Shown: positions 57,884 to 64,000 of the stretch, in pieces | Position numbering within the stretch: position 1 is the stretch's first letter | How the letters are laid out: every line of letters begins with the position of its first letter | DNA from: an uncultured Desulfobulbaceae bacterium | GTDB lineage: Bacteria; Desulfobacterota; Dissulfuribacteria; Dissulfuribacterales; DYLC01 | Assembly (NCBI GenBank): GCA_964427245.1 | Contig: CAYRSX010000023.1 | Location: 6,268-70,267, forward strand | Reading direction: 5' to 3' | Length of the DNA: 64,000 nucleotides | The notes under the pieces: model-generated | The model's database searches: none | What the model saw: only the letters and a program-made list of their open reading frames with translations | What the model was told of the DNA's origin: nothing | Position numbers and translations under genes: made by a program

Positions 57884-58975
57884 TCAAGAAGATATAAACT
57901 CTTCCATAGCGAGATACGCTTCATGATCCGTCAACTGAACCGGTGGATGTTTCATAAAATATGCGGAAGGCGGAAGTACACAGCCTCCAATACCGCGCAT
58001 AAGGGCGAGCTTGCAGCAACGAATGGCATCTATGGCCACACCAGCGGAATTGGGCGAGTCCTCCACCGAAAGCCGCAACTCCAGATTCATGGGCACATCT
58101 CCAAAAAGCCTACCCTCCATACGAATGAAGGCGATCTTGTTGTCCTTTTGCCATGGGACATAATCACTTGGCCCGATATGTATATTTTCAGGGGCCAGAT
58201 TCACAGAAAGCATCGCCTGCACGGCCTCTGTCTTGGAGCGCTTTTTGGAGGCCAATCTGTGTCTGTTCAGCATGTTCAGAAAATCCGTGTTGCCGCCGGT
58301 GTTGAGCTGGTAGGTCCTCTCTAACCGCACTCCACGCTTCATGAAGAGATCAGTGAGTACTCGATGCACGATGGTGGCACCCAGCTGAGACTTTATGTCA
58401 TCACCTATTATGGGCAGATTGCGTTCCTTAAACCGCTGCGCCCACTGGCTGTCACTGGCCAGAAACACAGGGATATTGTTAACCATACCAAGACCTGCCT
58501 TCAAGGCGCATTCCGCATAAAAACGGCTTGCCTCTTCTGAACCGACAGGTAGATAATTCAACAGTATCTCGGCACGGCTTTCCCTAAGCAACCTGACCAC
58601 ATCCTCTTGGGATGGCTCTGGCAAAGAGGCAGGCAAAAAGGTCTGACTCTCTGCATAATGGGCCATGTGCTCCGAGACACCGTCCAGAATTCGGCCCATG
58701 TTCACCACAACACCAGTTTTAGGAATATCCCTGCAAAAAACCTGTGTGCAATTGGGAAGAGCGAATACGGCTTCAGCCAGATCCAGACCAACCTTGCGTC
58801 TGTCTATATCGAATGCGCAAACAACCTGTATATCGCATGGCTTGAAACCACCTATTTCCCAATGCATAAGACCAATGGCTGCTTGAGCTGTCTTGCTTCG
58901 ATAATAATGAATACCCTGAAACAAGGCGCTGAAACAATTGCCTACACCCACTACCGCCACACGAATACCCTGCAT
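57884..58975 (-). CDS. ino1: myo-inositol-1-phosphate synthase (archaeal/bacterial short type)
   Basis: 363 aa. IRVAVVGVGNCFSALFQG N-terminus and a GDDIKSQLG motif. Confidence 0.8.
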   Translation of the reverse strand: MQGIRVAVVGVGNCFSALFQGIHYYRSKTAQAAIGLMHWEIGGFKPCDIQVVCAFDIDRRKVGLDLAEAVFALPNCTQVFCRDIPKTGVVVNMGRILDGVSEHMAHYAESQTFLPASLPEPSQEDVVRLLRESRAEILLNYLPVGSEEASRFYAECALKAGLGMVNNIPVFLASDSQWAQRFKERNLPIIGDDIKSQLGATIVHRVLTDLFMKRGVRLERTYQLNTGGNTDFLNMLNRHRLASKKRSKTEAVQAMLSVNLAPENIHIGPSDYVPWQKDNKIAFIRMEGRLFGDVPMNLELRLSVEDSPNSAGVAIDAIRCCKLALMRGIGGCVLPPSAYFMKHPPVQLTDHEAYLAMEEFISS

Positions 58976-58998
58976 TGCTCCTTCTCCTTGCCGAATTG

Positions 58999-59214
58999 TT
59001 ATGGTTTTTCAGGGCTATCGTCTATTTCGAGCTTCAACTCGAAAAAACTGCGACCGCAGTCATAACATTTGACATCTATGATATCCTTGGAGCTGAAATA
59101 GACATAAATCTCATCACAGCCGCACTCACACTGATTATGCACGGAATTTTTTATCTCATGCTGAATGGATGGCCTGATGGATGCAGGTATATCAGGGTCA
59201 TATACGATCTTCAC
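58999..59214 (-). CDS. small zinc-ribbon-like protein, unknown function
   Basis: GTG at 59214 is preceded by AGGAGGA (6 nt spacer), giving 71 aa: VKIVYDPDIPAS...NQCECGCDE...VKCYDCGRSF... The track ORF (TTG 59310) has no better start signal. Confidence 0.45.
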   Translation of the reverse strand: MKIVYDPDIPASIRPSIQHEIKNSVHNQCECGCDEIYVYFSSKDIIDVKCYDCGRSFFELKLEIDDSPEKP

Positions 59215-59381
59215 TATGTTTCCTCCTGTTGGCTTAAACGGCTGTACCCTCAGAGAATAAAATATCCTCTCAAGGTCTGTAATTAACAGACCGCTAATTT
59301 TAATCGCCAATGACCATTGATGTAAAGGCTTTTTCGATGGGCTTGTCTATTTTATTTTGAAAAAATTGCAAAAAACATGTG

Positions 59382-60362
59382 TCAAGGATGTGACAGATTA
59401 CCTCCAGTTTGAAGAAAAAGCGTGCGCTTATCCATATCGGAAACCCTGGAACGCCAGTGGCCGGTCAGTTCAGCCCAACCCCAAAAAGACCAGATGATTA
59501 CCAAAAGCGACACGGCCACAACCCATGGAGATACACACTTGACACCTAACTGTGCAGTTAAACAACCCTTTACAGGGCATACACCCACACATTCCATACA
59601 GCCCTGGCATTCAGGCGTTCGAATCACATTTCGCTGATACACCGGAATGCAGGAAGGACATGCTCTGGAGCACCTTTTACATTGAATGCAGGCGGTTTCA
59701 TCTCTTTTGACCTGCGTGAATCCTACCCATGCCAGAAGGCCAAGCAGAGCGCCGTAAGGGCAAAAAAATCTGCACCAGGGATTGCGCACCACTATTGAAA
59801 ATAACAACAGGATTGTCAGCACCCACAAAGTAAGCGTGGAGGGATGCAGAAAAAACTGAAGCATCTTAATATCCACCAGCAGATTATATGGGCTGGCAAC
59901 AAAGGCATCTATGGCCTCTCGATTCATGGCAAAGCAAATGACATACACAAAAAAGCCCAAAAGAAGATATTTTATTACAGAAAGGGGTATGGTAAGCCAC
60001 TTTGGAAGACAAAACGCCATGTTCAGTCTTCTGCCCAATTTTTCGCACAGATTGGACAAAAATCCCATGGGACAGACCCAGCCGCAGACACCCTTGCGAA
60101 AGAGCAAGGCCGCAGACATAACCGCCATGAAGATGACCAGACCTGCGGAATGTATGACATCGAACTCACCGGTCAAAAACAGACGTTTCAAGCTTGTCAG
60201 GGCGCCTATGGGTAAAAACGCCTCCACCGAAAAAAGATGAGGCACGTATTCATTAGATTGGCCACTGACCCATAGATAATATCTGTAAAATACATAGCCT
60301 GCATACAAAAAATAAAGTGCAAATCCTGCCTGAACTCCCAGGCGCATTCTTTTTATGGTCAT
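59382..60362 (-). CDS. NapH/MauN-type membrane polyferredoxin (4Fe-4S binding)
   Basis: From MTIKRMRLGV. TM helices are present. Motifs include CGWVCPMG, WCRFFCPYG and two ferredoxin motifs (CIQCKRCSRACP, CQGCMECVGVCP). The track ORF's first ~110 codons are repeat-derived. Confidence 0.75.
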   Translation of the reverse strand: MTIKRMRLGVQAGFALYFLYAGYVFYRYYLWVSGQSNEYVPHLFSVEAFLPIGALTSLKRLFLTGEFDVIHSAGLVIFMAVMSAALLFRKGVCGWVCPMGFLSNLCEKLGRRLNMAFCLPKWLTIPLSVIKYLLLGFFVYVICFAMNREAIDAFVASPYNLLVDIKMLQFFLHPSTLTLWVLTILLLFSIVVRNPWCRFFCPYGALLGLLAWVGFTQVKRDETACIQCKRCSRACPSCIPVYQRNVIRTPECQGCMECVGVCPVKGCLTAQLGVKCVSPWVVAVSLLVIIWSFWGWAELTGHWRSRVSDMDKRTLFLQTGGNLSHP

Positions 60363-60436
60363 CTTTATCTCCACCATACTTGAATAGAACAAGTATTCCC
60401 CTATCGTTTGCGCTTTCTCAGCCAAGATTTCTCGAA

Positions 60437-60652
60437 CGCTTACTTGAAATAACAAAAAACGCAACGCTGTCATTTCGAGCGGCAAAACTTCAAGAAATCT
60501 TACTATGCTTTTCACCAGCGGCTGTAGCAACTGGCTGTCATTTCGAGCGGCAAAGCCGCGAGAAATTTTAACGTCGGAGTAAGATTTCTCAATCGCTGCA
60601 CTCCTTCGAAATGACAGGCCATAGCTTGCGCTTTCTTCGAAATAACAAACGA
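60437..60652. repeat. cluster of repeat-family units, including one complete variant element (60535-60618)
   Basis: CTGTCATTTCGAGCGGCAAA occurs at 60467 and 60535. The inverted arm CTCCTTCGAAATGACAG ends at 60618. The internal inverted repeat is GAGAAAT...ATTTCTC. Flanking half-units read TTGAAATAACAA and TTCGAAATAACAA. Confidence 0.85.
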
Positions 60653-60903
60653 GAAACTCCATCAAAACGACGAAACATGCAGGACTCCCATTACAATACA
60701 ACATATCAAAAGCTCAATTCCATTCATTGACTCAAGTCAATAGTAAAAGCTGAATTTCCAGTATTAACAGCTTAGTTGTCCCTGTTAGGCAGTGGATTGG
60801 AGCTGATAAAAAACAAAAATATATTTTCTTTTGATTACGACCTTGTTATAGTGACAAAAATATATCATTGTGAAACACTACCATAATCGCGGAGGAATGG
60901 CCT

Positions 60904-61281
60904 ATGAAGGCGCTGGTTGTCGATGATTCCCAATCAATGCGCAACATCGTAAAAAGCGGCCTTAAAGAAATGAACATCTTTACAGAGATCGTGGAGGCTG
61001 AAAATGGTCTTGTCGCCCTTAAAAAATTACAGGAAAAAGGCCCGTTCGACATAGTCTTTCTGGATTGGTACATGCCAGAAATGGAAGGTTATGACTGCCT
61101 TGTCAACATCCGCCAGAACTCCAATTGGGATAACGTCAAGGTAATGATGGTCACCACAGAGAATCAGCAGGAAAACATCATTCGAGCCGTCATGGCCGGT
61201 GCCAATGAATATCTCATGAAACCCTTCAACAGCGAAATGCTTCAGGAAAAAGTAAAAATGCTTTTGGAGCTGGAAGAATGA
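60904..61281 (+). CDS. cheY: chemotaxis response regulator CheY
   Basis: 125 aa single REC domain. ALVVDDS, DIVFLDWYMP and MKPF. Confidence 0.85.
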   Translation: MKALVVDDSQSMRNIVKSGLKEMNIFTEIVEAENGLVALKKLQEKGPFDIVFLDWYMPEMEGYDCLVNIRQNSNWDNVKVMMVTTENQQENIIRAVMAGANEYLMKPFNSEMLQEKVKMLLELEE

Positions 61282-62570
61282 TCCTCATAAAGGTATTGGT
61301 CGTCGATGACTCCATAGTATTCCGCAAAATACTTAAAGAGGCCCTCAACAGGCAGATGGGCATTCGCGTGGTGGGCACGGCCAAAAATGGCAAGGAGGCC
61401 CTTCAACTCATTCGCATGCACAAGCCACATCTGGTGGTTCTGGATGTGGAGATGCCTGAGATGAACGGCCTTCAGACTCTGGACGAGATTCGGCGCCAAA
61501 AGTTAAACGTTGGTGTGATCATGTTCTCCTCACTCACATCAGAAGGCGCCCGCACCACTTTTGAAGCCCTTTCCAAGGGAGCGTTCGATTTCGTCCCCAA
61601 GCCGGCGGGCACAGGCGCCTTTGCCGAGAGTGTCAAGAAGATTCAAGAAGATCTGGTGCCAAAGATTCGTGTCTATGCCGAATCACAAAAGATTACAGTC
61701 TCGAAGCCAGCTGCAAAAACAGCAGCTGCCAATCAGCCTGCAACAGTGGCCACAACATCTCATGTTGCGCGTGACAAGACCACAATCGCTCCTTCAGGAC
61801 CTCTGAAGACATCAAACGCCCCATCCACTCCATACAAAACACCTCATGCCTCGCAAGCTGTACGACCCGTAATGCACAGCCAACCACCTGTATCTCCTGT
61901 AAACGGCGACAATAAAACTGCGCGGACAGCGCCAATACCATCGAGAATCACAGCAACACGCACAGGACAAATAGAGATAGTGGGCATAGGTATCTCCACC
62001 GGCGGCCCCAATGCATTGAACGAGGTCATTCCCAAACTGCCAGCCAACTTCAATCTACCCATACTTCTGGTGCAGCACATGCCTCCGGTATTCACCACCC
62101 AGCTTGCCAACAGATTGAACGAAAAATCCAAGATACGAGTAGTCGAGGCACAACAAGGCATGAAAATAGAACCCGGCACCGTCTATCTAGCTCCCGGTGA
62201 TTATCACATGGAAGTCACTGTAAACGGCATGGAACGTATCATCAGCCTCAATCAGAATCCGCCTGAAAACAGTTGCAGACCATCTGTAGATGTCACGTTC
62301 CGTTCCATCTCTCAGGTCTATGGAGGTAAAAGCCTGGCCGTCATCATGACCGGCATGGGGCAGGACGGTTTCAAGGGCATTCAGGATATGAAGGCAAAAG
62401 GCGCGGCTGTGATATCTCAAGATCAGGAGACATGTGTGGTCTGGGGTATGCCAAAGTTTGTGGTAGAAGCAGGACTGGCGGATCGCATCTGCCCCTTAAA
62501 TGAAATAGCAAGTGCAATAGTTGAAATGACCATGACATCGAAAAGACCGATTATGGAGAGTGGAAGATGA
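61278..62570 (+). CDS. cheB: protein-glutamate methylesterase CheB with an unusually long linker
   Basis: 430 aa. REC domain (VLVVDDS...VLDVEMP), a ~110 aa Pro/Ala/Thr-rich linker, and an esterase domain (GISTGGP, QHMP, GMGQDG). ATGA overlap with cheY. Confidence 0.85.
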   Translation: MILIKVLVVDDSIVFRKILKEALNRQMGIRVVGTAKNGKEALQLIRMHKPHLVVLDVEMPEMNGLQTLDEIRRQKLNVGVIMFSSLTSEGARTTFEALSKGAFDFVPKPAGTGAFAESVKKIQEDLVPKIRVYAESQKITVSKPAAKTAAANQPATVATTSHVARDKTTIAPSGPLKTSNAPSTPYKTPHASQAVRPVMHSQPPVSPVNGDNKTARTAPIPSRITATRTGQIEIVGIGISTGGPNALNEVIPKLPANFNLPILLVQHMPPVFTTQLANRLNEKSKIRVVEAQQGMKIEPGTVYLAPGDYHMEVTVNGMERIISLNQNPPENSCRPSVDVTFRSISQVYGGKSLAVIMTGMGQDGFKGIQDMKAKGAAVISQDQETCVVWGMPKFVVEAGLADRICPLNEIASAIVEMTMTSKRPIMESGR

Positions 62571-63373
62571 TCACTCCTGAACAATTTCTTTTTTTTGCAG
62601 AATTAGTAAAAACAGCCAGCGGAATCGCCCTGGCGCCAGGTAAGGAATATCTACTGGAAAGCAGGCTGAACGAACTGGCTCGCATATTGGGACTTAAGGA
62701 CATAAACGAACTCTACTCAAAGGCCAAGACCAATATGACCAGCTCCCTAAAGGAGCGAATCATCGATGCCATGACCACCAATGAAACCTATTTCTTTCGC
62801 GATCAGCACCCCTTCGACACCCTTAAAAAAGAAATTCTACCTAACATAATCAAACGAAACGGTAATTCCGTGCGCATCTGGAGCGCAGCCTGCTCCACAG
62901 GACAGGAACCTTATTCCATGGCCATGCTGCTCTCCGAGAGCTTTCCGACGCTTGCCAAGGGTGGCGCGGACATATTGGCCACAGACATCTCTCGTGAGGC
63001 AGTGGAAAAGGGCAAAGCCGGCCGTTTCACTCAGGTGGAAGTCAACAGGGGGCTGCCGATAACCATGCTCATCAAATACTTCAAACAAAACGGCGCATTC
63101 TGGATGGCCAACGACAATATACGGCGCATGATAAACTTTCAGAACTTTAATCTACTCTCTCCATTCAATTTCGGCTCATTCGATATTATTTTCTGCCGAT
63201 ATGTACTCATTTACTTCGAACAGCAGACCAAACAACAGATTCTGGAAAAGCTTGCAAAGGCATTGAATCCTGGCGGATGCCTGATACTTGGTGCAACAGA
63301 AACCCCTATAGGGCTTCCAACCTATATGGAACGGATTGTATCGGGCAAGACAACTTATTGGGAGAAGAAATAG
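62567..63373 (+). CDS. cheR: chemotaxis protein methyltransferase CheR
   Basis: 268 aa. TNETYFFRD, IWSAACSTGQEPYS and FCRYVLIYF. Confidence 0.9.
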   Translation: MITPEQFLFFAELVKTASGIALAPGKEYLLESRLNELARILGLKDINELYSKAKTNMTSSLKERIIDAMTTNETYFFRDQHPFDTLKKEILPNIIKRNGNSVRIWSAACSTGQEPYSMAMLLSESFPTLAKGGADILATDISREAVEKGKAGRFTQVEVNRGLPITMLIKYFKQNGAFWMANDNIRRMINFQNFNLLSPFNFGSFDIIFCRYVLIYFEQQTKQQILEKLAKALNPGGCLILGATETPIGLPTYMERIVSGKTTYWEKK

Positions 63374-63401
63374 TCAATTCTCAAAGGAGGAGGTAACAAA
63401 T

Positions 63402-64000
63402 ATGGGCATGGAACAAGACATTCTTAAGGATTTTCTGTCGGAAGCCAAGGAGAATCTGGAGCTTCTCGACCAACAATTTGTAGAGCTGGAACAGGACCCG
63501 GAAAACGCCGAGCTCATAAAAAGCATCTTTCGCACCATTCATACCATCAAGGGCACGTCCGGCTTCTTTGGCTTCACTACCCTTGAGGCCATTGCCCACT
63601 TTGCAGAGGACATCCTCTCAAAACTACGTGACGGCGTTATAAAAATTACGGAAGACATAGCTACCATGCTCCTGAAGGCAGTCGACTATATCAAGGCCAT
63701 AGTCGCCAGCCTGGAACAGACAGGCAAGGAACCCACCGACCTAGTCTATTTGGACTTTGTTGTTGACCTGCGCAACTTTGCAGAAAAGGTAACAAAAGGC
63801 CTGCCCACTGCTGCATCCAGCAAATCCACACCACCACCCAAGGCACCTGAAGCCGCTCCTGTAGTTGAGACAAAATCGGAGCAAGCAGCGGACGAAACAC
63901 TTGCAACAGAACCCTCTGTGGCTGAAGCCAAGGCCTCCGAGCCAATCCAGCCTCAACCTGAACAAGCATTAGCACCTGAACCTAAAACACCGGAACCTCC
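63402..64000 (+). CDS. cheA: chemotaxis histidine kinase CheA, N-terminal part (runs off window end)
   Basis: Manual translation after AAAGGAGGAGG gives MGMEQDILKDFLSEAKENLELLDQQFVELE...IFRTIHTIKGTSGFFG (Hpt domain with the phospho-His) followed by a Pro/Ala-rich linker. Absent from the track because the ORF is open-ended. Confidence 0.85.
   Translation, partial: MGMEQDILKDFLSEAKENLELLDQQFVELEQDPENAELIKSIFRTIHTIKGTSGFFGFTTLEAIAHFAEDILSKLRDGVIKITEDIATMLLKAVDYIKAIVASLEQTGKEPTDLVYLDFVVDLRNFAEKVTKGLPTAASSKSTPPPKAPEAAPVVETKSEQAADETLATEPSVAEAKASEPIQPQPEQALAPEPKTPEP

Noticed and set aside
1-64000. Mobile genetic elements, prophage, defence islands (RM, TA, CBASS, retron and similar)
   Set aside because: I found no integrase, transposase, recombinase, phage structural gene, reverse transcriptase, nuclease-methylase pair or small toxin-antitoxin pair. 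tRNA-Gln is not followed by an integrase, and the gene content flanking it is housekeeping.

Overview
This 64 kb window looks like ordinary chromosomal sequence from a Desulfobacterota-like (deltaproteobacterial) anaerobe; that taxonomic call is an inference from gene content. It is densely coded, mostly on the minus strand, and mostly housekeeping. Genes present:
- Amino acid and nucleotide metabolism: asd-leuB-leuD-leuC, thrC, purF-carB-carA, cmk.
- Translation and general functions: gap, rimI, rplU-rpmA, tRNA-Gln(CUG), dtd, dgt, ppiC, ssb.
- Cofactors and respiration: cobT-cobU, bioF/bioH-like/bioC, cydAB, queH.
- Envelope and sugar metabolism: kpsF, gmhB, ldcA, ino1.
- Signalling: three PAS histidine kinases, two HDOD proteins, and a cheY-cheB-cheR-cheA cluster that runs off the window end.

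I saw no transposase, integrase, phage gene or CRISPR array.

Observations most worth a second look:
1. A translationally coupled five-gene operon at 3254-7138. It joins a FolE2/MptA-type GTP cyclohydrolase to a TtcA-like PP-loop ATPase, a GT2 glycosyltransferase, a Cys-rich DUF166-like protein and a DUF2400-like protein whose C-terminus reads like the HhH-GPD glycosylase core. This is a possible GTP-derived base or cofactor modification system. The hypothesis is speculative.
2. A dispersed ~87 bp nested-palindrome, MITE/REP-like repeat family with at least 12 core hits. It sits in operon gaps, brackets one GT2 gene and creates spurious ORF extensions.
3. A C25 (gingipain-like) lipoprotein gene broken by one frameshift and three in-frame stops. 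It carries a tandem, unrecognised 'NHDGW' C-terminal module.
4. A 753 aa orphan protein with an unknown N-terminal region and a C-terminal AAA-like ATPase. A strong terminator abuts its Shine-Dalgarno sequence, and it lies downstream of cydAB and a beta-barrel OMP gene.
5. A five-gene lipoprotein operon (two FlgO/LpoB-like paralogs) coupled to ldcA.
6. A CheD-like protein in which all three catalytic residues appear to be replaced.

All calls rest on reading the supplied translations and the DNA by eye. No database search was possible.
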